Positions 54,153 through 64,000 of a stretch of 64,000 nt of DNA are shown here, one piece after another. Location: the IMG/VR virus record IMGVR_UViG_3300031234_000818; one strand, given 5' to 3'. The position numbers and the translations under genes were made by a program. This DNA comes from a virus. Numbering within the stretch: the stretch's first letter is position 1; the number at the start of each line of letters is the position of its first letter. The notes under the pieces are model-generated. The model saw only the letters and a list, made by a program, of their open reading frames with translations, ran no database searches and was not told the DNA's origin.

Positions 54153-54587
54153 CTACTTCCGGCGGTTTGTCTGGACCACGGATTTCTCTCCGCCTCTCGC
54201 CCGTTGATGGTATCGACGCATCCCATCGGAGCGGCTCATGTTGTCCCCGAAAGCCCGCGCGGCGATCCTGGGCACGTAGTGTCCGATCGCGCTGTTGCTG
54301 TCGATCTCCATGTCGAGGACGTTGAACACGGGAACGAGATCGTCGAGGCCAAGCTCCCGCGCATCGATCGCGTCGGGAACGTACGTGCCCTTGCTCCCGC
54401 CGTTCCAGTCACTGCTGCAGAAATAGTAGGTGCCGTTGCCGGACAAGAACTCCAGGCCGTGTTTCTGGCAGGCCGGGACGACCAGATCGCGGCGGACTTC
54501 GTCTGCCAGGCTCTGGACCTCGCGCTCGAAGGTGTCGCGCGCTTTCTTGAGGCGGCGTTCGTACTGGTTCGTGTCGATGGCGCCCAT
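54153..54587 (-). CDS. Hypothetical protein
   Basis: 144 aa, co-oriented with the deacetylase. Confidence 0.6.
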   Translation of the reverse strand: MGAIDTNQYERRLKKARDTFEREVQSLADEVRRDLVVPACQKHGLEFLSGNGTYYFCSSDWNGGSKGTYVPDAIDARELGLDDLVPVFNVLDMEIDSNSAIGHYVPRIAARAFGDNMSRSDGMRRYHQRARGGEKSVVQTNRRK

Positions 54588-54636
54588 GAGGACTCTTCTA
54601 GCAGTGGCATTTCCTGTGGTCGAGGTAAAAACGGTG

Positions 54637-54665
54637 TTGACGGTACACTATCGACGGTGTACGTT
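54637..54665 (+). promoter_or_regulatory. Promoter TTGACG-N17-TACGTT overlapped by a GTACAC-N8-GTGTAC palindrome
   Basis: Palindrome at 54643-54662, directly upstream of the NrtR-like gene. Confidence 0.6.
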
Positions 54666-54673
54666 CGACACAG

Positions 54674-55411
54674 ATGCCGTACACGTACGAATTCCCGCGC
54701 CCGTCGGTGACCGTGGACAGCGTTGTCTTCGGCATCGGCGAGGACGACGCGGAGCGCCCGGAGCTTCAGGTGCTCCTGGTGGAGCGCGGCATGGAGCCCT
54801 TCAAGGGCTACCCGGCGCTTCCAGGCGGCTTCGTGAACGTGAGCGACGAGGGAGACCAAGGCGAAGATCTGGAAGCTGCGGCTCGTCGCGAGCTGGAGGA
54901 GGAGACCCACGCGAAGGTCGAGTACATGGAGCAGCTGTGCACGGTGGGGACGCCGGGTCGCGACCCACGTGGGCGGATCATCACGGTGGCTTACTTCGCG
55001 CTCGTGCGGTCCAGGGACCACGTGGTGCGGGGTGGCGATGACGCCAAGGAGGCGCGTTGGGCGTCGGTGCGTAACACGCTCGTGCACCGCAACACACTGG
55101 CGTTCGACCACGACAAGACGCTGGGACTCGCGTACGACCGGCTTCGCGCGAAGGTCCGGTACGCGCCCATCGGCTTCAACCTGCTACCGACCAAGTTCAC
55201 GCTGACGGAACTGCAGCAGGTCTACGAAGCGATCCTGATGCGGCCGCTGGACAAGCGGAACTTTCGCAAGCGCATCCTGGCCATGGACATCCTGGTCGCG
55301 AGCGGGGCGCAGTCGCCCGTCGGCCGTACGGGCCCGCTCGCCAGGCTCTATCGCTTCGACAAGCGGGCGTACGACCGTGCCGTCCGAGACGGCTTCAACT
55401 TCGATCTCTGA
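54674..55411 (+). CDS. nrtR: NrtR-type regulator (NUDIX + C-terminal wHTH)
   Basis: PSVTVDSVVF, LPGGFV, AARRELEEET, LAFDH, FTLTELQQVYEAIL..LDKRNFRKRI, ARLYRF. Confidence 0.88.
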   Translation: MPYTYEFPRPSVTVDSVVFGIGEDDAERPELQVLLVERGMEPFKGYPALPGGFVNVSDEGDQGEDLEAAARRELEEETHAKVEYMEQLCTVGTPGRDPRGRIITVAYFALVRSRDHVVRGGDDAKEARWASVRNTLVHRNTLAFDHDKTLGLAYDRLRAKVRYAPIGFNLLPTKFTLTELQQVYEAILMRPLDKRNFRKRILAMDILVASGAQSPVGRTGPLARLYRFDKRAYDRAVRDGFNFDL

Positions 55412-55423
55412 GCGAGGACGACC

Positions 55424-56890
55424 ATGGAAAACCCGATCCACGCATACGCCACGCACGACGCCCAGCACCGGATCACGGGCTTCGCCAGGCTGGAGGACAA
55501 TCCCATCACGGACACCGACTCGTACAAGCCCAGCCACGCGTACCAGTACGTGCCTGGCATGCAGTCGATGGTGGGGTACTTCGAGTCGCGCGGAGGCCGC
55601 TACAGGAACACGTGTTTCAACGGGCTGCAGCCGCTGATGTTGCAGTACCTGGCGGTCGAGATCACAAGCGCCCACGTGCGCGAGGCGGCGCAGCTGTTCG
55701 AGGAGCACGGCGAGCCATTCAACAAGGCCGGCTGGTCCCACATCGTGAACCGCTACGGCGGGCGCTTGCCCATCCGCATCCGGGCGGTGCCCGAGGGGAC
55801 GGTCGTTACGGTGAGCAACGTGCTCTTCGACGTCGAGCTGACGACGCCGGATCCCGAGGTGGCTTGGCTCCCCAGCTGGCTGGAGACGAAGCTCGTGCGG
55901 CTCTGGTACCCGACGACGGTCGCCACGCGCGGCTTCTACATGAAGGAGAAGATCCTGGAGGCGCTGGTGAAGTCGTCGGACGATCCGCTGTCGGAGATCG
56001 ACCACAAGCTCCACTGCTTCGGCGGTCGCGGAGGGTCCAGCATGGAGACCATCCGCGTGGGCGGGTGCGCGCACCTCATCAACTTCAAGGGGACGGACAC
56101 CGTGGAAGCGCTGCGGTACGCGCGGCACTACTACGGCGCGCAGATGGCGGGCGTCAGCATTCCGGCGGCGGAGCACTCGACGGTGACCTCGTGGGGTCGG
56201 GAGCGCGAGGAGGACTTCTACGCGAACTTCGTCGAGCAGTTCCTGCTTGGCAAATGCGGCAAGAAGTTCCCGATGGCCGCGTGCGTGTCGGACACGTGGA
56301 ACTTCTACAACGCGGTCGAGAACCTCTGGTGCGGCGAGCGGCTGCACTCGATGGTGCGCGACTCGGGCGGCACGCTGGTCATTCGTCCGGATTCTGGCAA
56401 GCCGCAGGAGGTCGACTGCAAGGGGCTGGCGATCCTCGAACGGAAGCTGGGCATGCGGAAGAACACGAAGGACTACAAGGTGCTGCCGCCCTACTACCGG
56501 ATGATCCAGGGCGACGGGGTCAACGACGAGAGCGTCCCGGAGATCCTGCACGAGGTGATGTCGCGCGGCTACTCGGCCTCGAACCTGGCCTTCGGGATGG
56601 GCGGCGGCGGCTTGCAGGACATGACGCGCGACACGCAGAAGTTCGCGTTCAAGTGCTCGGCGGTGCTGCAGGACGGCACGTGGCACGACGTGTCGAAAGA
56701 TCCCGTCACCGATCCGGGCAAGCGATCGAAAATGGGGCACCTGGCCCTCGTGCACGAAGGCGGGCAGTTCAAGACGGTGCGCGCGCCGCGCAAGGACGAC
56801 ATGCTCGTGCCGGTCTACGAGGACGGCCGGGTGTTGAAGACGTACACGCTGGACGAGGTCCGCGCGAACGCGATGAAGGGGCTGGTGTAG
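55424..56890 (+). CDS. nadV: Nicotinamide phosphoribosyltransferase (Nampt)
   Basis: TDSYK, KLHCFGGRG, FKGTDT, SIPAAEHS, VSDTWN, VIRPDSG, IQGDG, FGMGG, RDTQKFAFK, DPGKRSK.G. Confidence 0.95.
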   Translation: MENPIHAYATHDAQHRITGFARLEDNPITDTDSYKPSHAYQYVPGMQSMVGYFESRGGRYRNTCFNGLQPLMLQYLAVEITSAHVREAAQLFEEHGEPFNKAGWSHIVNRYGGRLPIRIRAVPEGTVVTVSNVLFDVELTTPDPEVAWLPSWLETKLVRLWYPTTVATRGFYMKEKILEALVKSSDDPLSEIDHKLHCFGGRGGSSMETIRVGGCAHLINFKGTDTVEALRYARHYYGAQMAGVSIPAAEHSTVTSWGREREEDFYANFVEQFLLGKCGKKFPMAACVSDTWNFYNAVENLWCGERLHSMVRDSGGTLVIRPDSGKPQEVDCKGLAILERKLGMRKNTKDYKVLPPYYRMIQGDGVNDESVPEILHEVMSRGYSASNLAFGMGGGGLQDMTRDTQKFAFKCSAVLQDGTWHDVSKDPVTDPGKRSKMGHLALVHEGGQFKTVRAPRKDDMLVPVYEDGRVLKTYTLDEVRANAMKGLV

Positions 56891-56892
56891 CG

Positions 56893-57048
56893 ATGTCGCT
56901 GTTTCAGATGGTGCTGCTGCTGGGGTCACTCGCCTTCGTGGGGGTGGTCGTTGGGGTGCATTACGGAGCGCACTGGGGAGTGGCTGCGAGCGCTGCGCTG
57001 TACGTGCTCATGCCGTACCGCCCGCAGATCCTCAAGGGAGATAAGTGA
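56893..57048 (+). CDS. Small two-TM membrane protein
   Basis: MSLFQMVLLLGSLAFVGVVVGVHYG... Confidence 0.55.
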   Translation: MSLFQMVLLLGSLAFVGVVVGVHYGAHWGVAASAALYVLMPYRPQILKGDK

Positions 57049-58271
57049 ACATCATGGACGGGTACCCGAACGAGCCGAACGAGATGCGGGACGAGATGCT
57101 GGCGAAGATCATCGACCGGCCCATCCGGCTCTACGTGGTCGCCACGGGGGCGGGAGCGGGCATCCAGCAGGAGATCTGGCGGGTACCTGGGTGCTCGGCC
57201 ATCCTCTGCGGGTCGAGCTTCCCGTACTCGAAGGAGGAGGTGGCAGCCTTCGCCGGCCTGACGCCGGAGAAGTTCGCGTCCGAGGAGTTCGCGATCGATC
57301 TCGCGTGCGCGGCGTACCTGCGAGCTGTGGATCCGAGCCAGCCCGACGTCGAGCCCGTGGGTCTGGCCGTGACGGCCTCGGTGTCGACGGTGAAGGCCCA
57401 TCGTGGCGAGCATCGGGCGCACATCGTCTGCGTGACGCGCGACCGCATCGTGGGACGCACGGTCATCCTGACGAAGACGGCCGGAGCGGATGCCCAGCAT
57501 GCTCGATTGGTCGACGGCGCCGAGGTGGACGGTGCCGCGATCTGCGTCCTTCTTGCGGCGTTGAATCCCGAGAGCGAGTTTCTCAACAGCGTCTGCGAGG
57601 ACTTCGAGGCGAAGGCGCGCGAGCGGTTCTTCAAGCACCCGGTTTTCCGCCCCGACGGAACGCGCCAAGGAGTGGACGGGCTCAACCCGAACCGGCCCCT
57701 GTTCCCGGGTGCCTTCGATCCACCGCACGAAGGGCACGACGAGATCGCCCGGGCCGTGACGAACTTGAGCGGCGATCCGCGACAAGGGGCCGACTGGTTG
57801 GAACCGGTCTTCGCGATCTGCTCGACGTCGCCACACAAGGCGAATATCAGCGTCCAGGAGATGCTGCGGCGTGCCAAGGTGCTGAAGCGCAGGATCGTGC
57901 TCTTCACCCGGGACGATCCTTTCTACATCGACAAGGCGCGGGCGTTCGAGGGAACGCCGCTGGTGATCGGCGCCGACGCGCTCGTGCGGATGCTCGATCC
58001 GAAGTGGGGGACGGATCCGAAGGCCATGTTCGAAGAGTTCCATCAGCTGGGCACGACGTTCTACGTCTTCGGCAGGGAGATCGACGGCGTCTTCGTGACA
58101 GCGCGGGATGCCATCACGAGGTTCGCCTCGTCGATGACGTCACCGGATGTGCCGCTGGGTTCGTGGAGCATGTTCGTCGCCATCCCGGGCCGCTGGGACG
58201 TCAGCTCGACGGCGGTGCGCACGGACCAGCAGCACGCGTCGCCGGTGAACGAGGAGGTCTCTCATGCCTGA
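57045..58271 (+). CDS. CinA-like N-terminal domain + HxGH nucleotidyltransferase (candidate NMN adenylyltransferase)
   Basis: ATGAGAG...PGCSA..GSSFPY; LFPGAFDPPHEGH; VIGAD. Confidence 0.7.
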   Translation: MNIMDGYPNEPNEMRDEMLAKIIDRPIRLYVVATGAGAGIQQEIWRVPGCSAILCGSSFPYSKEEVAAFAGLTPEKFASEEFAIDLACAAYLRAVDPSQPDVEPVGLAVTASVSTVKAHRGEHRAHIVCVTRDRIVGRTVILTKTAGADAQHARLVDGAEVDGAAICVLLAALNPESEFLNSVCEDFEAKARERFFKHPVFRPDGTRQGVDGLNPNRPLFPGAFDPPHEGHDEIARAVTNLSGDPRQGADWLEPVFAICSTSPHKANISVQEMLRRAKVLKRRIVLFTRDDPFYIDKARAFEGTPLVIGADALVRMLDPKWGTDPKAMFEEFHQLGTTFYVFGREIDGVFVTARDAITRFASSMTSPDVPLGSWSMFVAIPGRWDVSSTAVRTDQQHASPVNEEVSHA

Positions 58272-58755
58272 GGAGATGCACGTGCGTGTCGGCGTCGCTG
58301 CGGTCCTCTGGCGGCCGTCCATCGTCGCGCTGCGTCCGGACCGACGCCAGGTGCTCATGGGCCGTCGGAAGGGCTCGCACGGTGCCGGGACGTGGGCGTT
58401 TCCGGGTGGAAAGCCTGACCTTTACGAGAGCATCGTCGCCACGGCGGCTCGCGAGCTAGTGGAGGAGGCCGGCGTGGTGGTTGCCGCGACGCGGTTCAAG
58501 AAGAAGACCTTCACGAACGACGTGTTCGTGACCGAGGGCAAGCACTTCGTCACGCTCTACGTCGAGGCGCTGTGGCGGCCGTCGGACGGCGAGCCGCGGG
58601 TGATGGAGCCCGAGAAGTGCGAGGAGTGGCGGTGGTTCGACGAAGCGCCGTCGCCGCTCTTTCCACCCGTCCAGAACCTCATGAAGGACGGGTTCGATCC
58701 GTGGGCGGTCCGCGAGGCGCTGACGGTGGAAGCCGTCGAAGCGCTGCTGGGGTAG
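58264..58755 (+). CDS. NUDIX hydrolase (MTH1/NUDT15-like)
   Basis: RKGSHGAGTWAFPGG...ARELVEEAG; EPEKCEEWRWF. Confidence 0.88.
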   Translation: MPEEMHVRVGVAAVLWRPSIVALRPDRRQVLMGRRKGSHGAGTWAFPGGKPDLYESIVATAARELVEEAGVVVAATRFKKKTFTNDVFVTEGKHFVTLYVEALWRPSDGEPRVMEPEKCEEWRWFDEAPSPLFPPVQNLMKDGFDPWAVREALTVEAVEALLG

Positions 58756-58758
58756 GCG

Positions 58759-59925
58759 ATGCTGAGCGACCTCGAAGCCGTCCAAGCGGTCCTCGCGAAA
58801 GCGCGGTGCCCGGAGGACGTGTTCGGCGTGCTGCATGGTGGCGGCGTGGCGGAGTTGCACGCGGCGCTCAAGAAGTCCTACCATCAGGTCGCTCGGGTCG
58901 TGCACCCGGACAAGTACGCCGATCAGCCGGTGGCGTTCAAGCTGGCGACGGGGCTCTTCGGTCACGTGACGGAGTGGTTTCAGAAGGCGCGATCGAAGGT
59001 CGACGCCAAGACCTACGGCGACAACGCGCCGCACGTGGAGGCGCCGCCCAAGCCTGCGATCTCGCCGCAGATCATCCAGACGCCCAAGGGCAAGTACATC
59101 GTGACGGAGCTTCTGGCCCACGGGGACCTGGCCGATCTCTACCGGTGCTCTTACACCGACGAGGACGGCCGCGAGCAGCGGGCCGTGTTCAAGATCGCGC
59201 AGAGCGCGGCGGACAACGATCTCTTGGAGAACGAGCAGAAGACGCTCCGCGCGATGTACGCGCCAGCGCAGGCGGAGGAGAAGTTCTACCGGTACCTGCC
59301 GAAGCTCCACGACTCGTTCCTGTTGCGGCAGGAGCGCGGAGCGAACCGTCGCGTGAACGTCCTGCAGCTGGCGGATGGGTACGTGTCGCTCGCCGAGGTG
59401 ATGGAGGCGTTTCCATCGGGGATCGACGTGGCCGACGCCGCGTGGATGTTCAAGCGCGCGCTGGCGTGTCTCTGGTACGTGCACGAGAGGAAGGGCGTCG
59501 TGCACGGGGCGGTGCTGCCCGAGCACGTGCTGGTGCACCCGAAGAGGCACGGCGCGAAGCTCGTCGACTGGTGCTACGCAGTTTCCGACTGGAAGACGAC
59601 CGACGGGAAGGTGAAGGCGATCTCGAAGGCGCGCCGCGCGTACTACGCGCCGGAGGTGCTGTCGAAGGGGCGGGTGACGCCGCAGACGGACATCTACATG
59701 CTTGGAAAATGCATGGTGGCGCTGCTGGGCGGGAGCGCGGAGGGCCGCGAGACGCCAGACACCGTGCACGTGGGGATGAAGAGCTTCTTGCGGAGCTGCC
59801 TCATCGAGGCGCAGCCGATGCGCCCCGACGACGCGGGCAAGCTTCACGAGGATCTGGACGAGCTATTGCTGCGCATCGTGGGGCCACGGGAGTACCGCGA
59901 ACTGACGATGCCGGCCAAGGTGTGA
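58759..59925 (+). CDS. J-like domain + atypical or pseudo protein kinase
   Basis: VHPDKY; catalytic loop HGAVLPEH instead of HRD..N; DWCY in place of DFG; APE. Confidence 0.75.
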   Translation: MLSDLEAVQAVLAKARCPEDVFGVLHGGGVAELHAALKKSYHQVARVVHPDKYADQPVAFKLATGLFGHVTEWFQKARSKVDAKTYGDNAPHVEAPPKPAISPQIIQTPKGKYIVTELLAHGDLADLYRCSYTDEDGREQRAVFKIAQSAADNDLLENEQKTLRAMYAPAQAEEKFYRYLPKLHDSFLLRQERGANRRVNVLQLADGYVSLAEVMEAFPSGIDVADAAWMFKRALACLWYVHERKGVVHGAVLPEHVLVHPKRHGAKLVDWCYAVSDWKTTDGKVKAISKARRAYYAPEVLSKGRVTPQTDIYMLGKCMVALLGGSAEGRETPDTVHVGMKSFLRSCLIEAQPMRPDDAGKLHEDLDELLLRIVGPREYRELTMPAKV

Positions 59926-59943
59926 AAGAGAGGACGGTTTCTC

Positions 59944-60939
59944 ATGGGGTATTCAAGTTACAGTGACGAGTTCTACAAGGGCCGAGTGGCCAGCAGGAAG
60001 GCCACCGGGACGGCCACGTTCATTCACGACGCCACTGTGCGGTCGGGGAAGGTCAAGGCGGGCGTGCATGCCTCGCTGAACATCCACGGCAAGATCCGCG
60101 AGGCGCGCGACAGCAAGGAGCACCCGAACTCGACGCCCGTCGCGATCGTGTTCGACCAGACGGGATCCATGCACAGCGTGCCCAGGATCATGCAGGACAA
60201 GTTGCCGCAGTTCATGGGGCTGGTCCTCCGCAAGGGGTACATCGAGGACCCGGCGGTGCTCTTCGGCGCCATCGGGGACTACAACAACCACGAGGATGCG
60301 CCGCTGCAGATCGGGCAGTTCGAGTCCGGCATCGAGATGGACGACAACATCACGCACATCTACCTGGAGGGTGGCGGCGGCGGTTCGTACGAGGAGTCGT
60401 ACCAGAACGCCCTCTACTTCTTCGCGCACCGCACCCGCTGCGACGCGTTCGAGAAGCGCGGCAAGAAGGGGTACCTCTTCATCATCGGTGACGAGAAGGC
60501 CTACTCGCGCTCGACGAAGTCGGAGCTGCAGACGCTCATCGGCGACGGCGCGCAGGCGGATGCGTCGCTCGACGAGATCGTGGCGGCGGTGAAGGAGAAG
60601 TGGGAGGTGTTCTTCATCATCCCCAGCGGGACGTCGCACTACGACGACCCTGTGCTGGAGAACTTCTGGAAGAAGTACCTGGGCCAGAACGTCATCAAGC
60701 TGGAGGATCCGAACGCGATCTGCGAGACCATCGGCCTCGCGATCGGTCTCATGGAGGGGACGGCCTCGGCGGACGGCATGGCGGGGGATCTGAAGGACGT
60801 CGGAGCGAGCGACGCGATCGTGCACGCGGCTTCGACGAGCGTGGGCGGCATCGCGAGGGACCGGGCGATGACGAAGGTCGGCACGGGCGGCTCGCTGCCG
60901 TCGAAGGCGGGCCGCTCCGAGAAGATCGAGCGGCTGTAG
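59944..60939 (+). CDS. vWA-domain protein (copy 2)
   Basis: FDQTGSM; GAIGD; LEGGGGGSYEESY; IIGDE. Confidence 0.85.
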   Translation: MGYSSYSDEFYKGRVASRKATGTATFIHDATVRSGKVKAGVHASLNIHGKIREARDSKEHPNSTPVAIVFDQTGSMHSVPRIMQDKLPQFMGLVLRKGYIEDPAVLFGAIGDYNNHEDAPLQIGQFESGIEMDDNITHIYLEGGGGGSYEESYQNALYFFAHRTRCDAFEKRGKKGYLFIIGDEKAYSRSTKSELQTLIGDGAQADASLDEIVAAVKEKWEVFFIIPSGTSHYDDPVLENFWKKYLGQNVIKLEDPNAICETIGLAIGLMEGTASADGMAGDLKDVGASDAIVHAASTSVGGIARDRAMTKVGTGGSLPSKAGRSEKIERL

Positions 60940-61032
60940 GGGGAGCGGCGGACGAGGCACGGTAGCGCCTCCCGGGGTGGCCCCGTTCCGGATACGGGGC
61001 GCGAATGCGCGCGCGGAGGAAAAGGAGAAAGA

Positions 61033-62745
61033 ATGACTGAAGAGGAATCGTCTGAAGGCCAGACGTGGATGGACTACGTCCATCGGTGCCACGAGTACGA
61101 GTACGACCAGCGGCAGCGTCGGACGGCGAACGAAGCCGACGCCAGAAAGAAGCAACCCGTGAAACAACGTACGGCACGTACGGCCACGCGAACAATGACA
61201 GGGTGGGTGCTGCTGCATCCCGGCGGAACGGTGGAGACGGACTACTTCCAGCAAACGTCGTGGGTCAGCAAGGGCAAGAGGGTAAGCCGCGAGACGTGGC
61301 GGAAAACCTACCGGCCGAAGTGCGTCATGGTCCGCGCGACGCTTTCCTACGAGGTCTAGGATGATCGACGAAGCGAAGTGGACCGTCGACGAGCTACAAG
61401 AGTACCTCGACATCGAGCTGTCTCGCGTAGTCGACGCGGCGAAGGCTCGCGCGGGTCTCGATGCCGTTACCTTCAGCGGGACCGTGTCTGGTTTTCTCAT
61501 CAAGACGGGGCTTGCGCTGGCTGTTCATGGTGGGGCGCCGCGCAACGTCGTAGAGAACGCCATGAGCGCATCCATCGCGGACGCCTATGGTCCACGACAT
61601 GGAATGAATCGGGCTGCGCGTCGCATGGCTGAGGCCGAGGACAAGAAGCGAAGGCGATCGTAAGGAGGCAGGTCATGCAGGACGGAGGGATGCCGAACGA
61701 AGAGAGGTGCACGCACGGGGGGACGCCCATGACGTGCGGGGAGTGCACGGACGCCGTGGTGATGAGCGATCCGGTCGCACGACAGGCGTATCGCGCCAAC
61801 CTGTCCGCGCGTGTACGTCGCGAGACGCTCGCCGAAGCCGCCCACGTGTGCGCCATCTACGCGCAGGACGTCACTGGCCCGCGGGAGTACCAGCCGACGT
61901 CCGACGAGTACGCGAAGAGGGCGGGCGGCCTGGAGTGCGAGCGGCGCATCCGTGCGTTGATGTCGAGCACATGACCAAAGAAAGGGCCCCTCGCTTTTTC
62001 ACTCCGCTGGGGGTCTACATGACCACGGATGGTGGCGAGTGGCTCCTTCGCAAGATGGCGAACGGCGTTCACGTCATCGGCCCATGGACAACCGATAGCA
62101 TGGGGTACTGGCCTGCAGCGGATGCCGCGCGAAATGCGCTGGTCAACATGGCCGGATCGGGCGCGTGGGTTGAGGGCTACGAGGTGCTCGGGTGAAGGAC
62201 GACAGCGTCGTGATGGTGAATGCCGTGCGCAACGTGCTCGTTCTGCTGGTGCTTGCTGCGACCGTCGTCGCGTGCGACGGGGAGCCCGATGGCGCCACTG
62301 GGAGGTCCAGTTCCCCGGCGGAGGCCGGAGCGCGGCTTCCACCTATCGACGAGCTGTGCGCGCCAGTGTGCGACCTGCGTGACTCGCGGCGTGAACTCCG
62401 CGAGACGCTCGCCCAGCGCGAGGAGCTTCTCGCGAGGCGCTTCGAGTTGCAGATGGACATAGAGCGCATGCAACGTCAGCTTGAGGCTGGAGTTCGTCGT
62501 TGACGATGGAGATGACGATGGCGATCCCGCAAGTGGCGTTCCCTGTACCGTTCGACCAGATCCCAGCCGAGCTGAAGCGGCTTGGAGACCATGCGCGCGG
62601 GCTGGAGGCAGAGAAGCGTGTCTGTCACGCGCTCATCGAGGCGGTGCAGGATGGTTGCCCGCACCCGGACGGAAAGATGAAGCGCGGCACCGACTACGGT
62701 GGGACGGGTTGGGTGCGGTGCGCGCACTGCGACAAGGAATGGTGA
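61033..62745 (+). other. Cluster of small hypothetical genes; 62192-62503 is a putative lipoprotein
   Basis: Packed ORFs with RBS; lipobox-like LAATVVA-C followed by a coiled coil. Confidence 0.55.
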
Positions 62746-62994
62746 CGACGTGAGCGATCCGACCGAGGCCTGCCGCATCTGCGGGGAACCGCGGCGGGCG
62801 CACGTAGGGCCCAACGAGACGCATCCAAGGGAGGCGCGCGGCGAGGGCACGTACAAGCTCGTCGGAGCCGGTACGATGAGCGCGGGCGTGTGGTGCTCGG
62901 AGTGCAGAGGGCCATGCAACGGGCATGGGTGGGAGCGGTACGAGTTCGTGGCGTCCGTGAAAACCGTCGCCGATGGCCCCGAGGAGCGTGTGAC

Positions 62995-63561
62995 ATGAGC
63001 AAGGATCCGCTGGTACGTCGAAGCAAGCACCTGAGTCTCGTGCTCCGTCACGATCCCGGAAGCGTCGGCATCGCGCTGGACGCTGCCGGCTGGGTGGATG
63101 TTGCTGTGCTCTTGCCGGCGATGAAGCTCACGGGCGAACAGTTGGAAGAGCTGGTCGCCAAGAACGAGAAGAAGCGCTTCGAGTTCAACGAGAACAGGAC
63201 GCGGATCCGCGCATCGCAGGGGCACTCGGTGGACGTGGAGCTTGGCTACGAGGAGAAGGTCCCGCCTGCGAAGCTCTACCACGGGACGTCCATGGATCTC
63301 CTGGGCGTCATCCGCGCCGACGGGTTGAAGCCCATGGCACGTCACGACGTGCACCTGTCGGACAGCATCGATACGGCGATCCTGGTAGCCAGGCGTCGGT
63401 CGAAGCCGTGCGTGCTGTCGGTGCGTTCCGATCTCATGTCGTTCGACGGGCTGAAGTTCCAGCTCTCGACGAACGGCGTGTGGCTGACGGCGCACGTGGC
63501 GCCCTCATACCTCGGAGCGCACGTGTGGTTTGCCGGGGAGTGGATCGAGGCCAGCCCGTGA
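62995..63561 (+). CDS. kptA: RNA 2'-phosphotransferase (Tpt1/KptA)
   Basis: [44 protein letters not shown]. Confidence 0.93.
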   Translation: MSKDPLVRRSKHLSLVLRHDPGSVGIALDAAGWVDVAVLLPAMKLTGEQLEELVAKNEKKRFEFNENRTRIRASQGHSVDVELGYEEKVPPAKLYHGTSMDLLGVIRADGLKPMARHDVHLSDSIDTAILVARRRSKPCVLSVRSDLMSFDGLKFQLSTNGVWLTAHVAPSYLGAHVWFAGEWIEASP

Positions 63562-63848
63562 GCGCCTTCGCCTACAACTACGAGACGTCGCCGAAGGCCA
63601 TCCGTCGCGAAAGGGCTGCGATGCGTCGTGTTGGCGCCGAGGTGCGGCGGTGGCGCGAGAACTACGGCATGACCGGCATCGCGTTCGCGAAGCTGCTTGG
63701 GATCAGCAGCAACCACCTGTCCAACATCGAGCAAGGAGTCCGCAAGCTGCCGCTCGACATCTTTTGCAAGGCGACGGGAGCCAAACCCGGGCGGATGCAT
63801 GCGGTCGCCGGCCACTGCGCCAGCTGCCATGGGACGGGGTATCGATGA
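63558..63848 (+). CDS. XRE-family HTH protein with C-terminal CxxC
   Basis: [32 protein letters not shown]. Confidence 0.75.
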   Translation: MSAFAYNYETSPKAIRRERAAMRRVGAEVRRWRENYGMTGIAFAKLLGISSNHLSNIEQGVRKLPLDIFCKATGAKPGRMHAVAGHCASCHGTGYR

Positions 63849-64000
63849 CCGACGTTACCATCGTGGCGGGTCTTGGCTTCGGTGACGAGGGCAAGGGCAC
63901 GATCGTCGACGCGTTGACCCGGCGGCACGACGCGAAGCTCGTCGTCCGGTTCAACGGTGGCAGTCAGGCTGGCCACAACGTCGTGACGCCGGATGGCAGA
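63845..64000 (+). CDS. purA: Adenylosuccinate-synthetase-like protein (5' part; runs off the window)
   Basis: [25 protein letters not shown]; ORF absent from the track because it is truncated. Confidence 0.85.
   Translation, partial: MTDVTIVAGLGFGDEGKGTIVDALTRRHDAKLVVRFNGGSQAGHNVVTPDGR

Noticed and set aside
63845-64000. PurZ (2-aminoadenine DNA pathway)
   Set aside because: Motif is GDEGKG with Asp, as in PurA; PurZ has Ser at this position.

Overview
High-GC segment that looks like a large (jumbo-type) bacteriophage genome: dense small hypothetical ORFs, sigma70-like promoters, and no host-like housekeeping synteny. Host and taxonomy cannot be determined from this window. Left to right: (1) 0-3 kb, mini-genes joined by a recurrent stop-GCGCGC-RBS-start junction. 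(2) 4.2-14.7 kb, a promoter, a ~360-nt ORF-free structured leader and 38 complete tRNA genes grouped by isoacceptor (no Leu or Tyr seen). The array is interrupted by 3-4 nuclease genes, one of which split a tRNA-Arg(UCU) and supplied a replacement 5' half, and by a divergent EF-Tu. (3) 15-29 kb, hypothetical genes plus a lone non-canonical tRNA with a 6-nt anticodon loop. (4) Class II ribonucleotide reductase with a LAGLIDADG intein. (5) 40.6-48.5 kb and 52.6-53.3 kb, a cas-less, type I-E-like CRISPR repeat array of roughly 90-100 units (counted by eye). The repeats go from perfect to strongly diverged yet keep the hairpin and GGATG core, and whole genes sit where spacers would be. (6) Two J-domain-kinase + vWA modules, one with a pyruvate-kinase-like barrel and the other within an NrtR-Nampt-NMNAT-like-NUDIX cluster followed by Tpt1 and PurA-like genes, plus a Zn-dependent deacetylase. 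All calls come from motif recognition by eye; no database searches were run.
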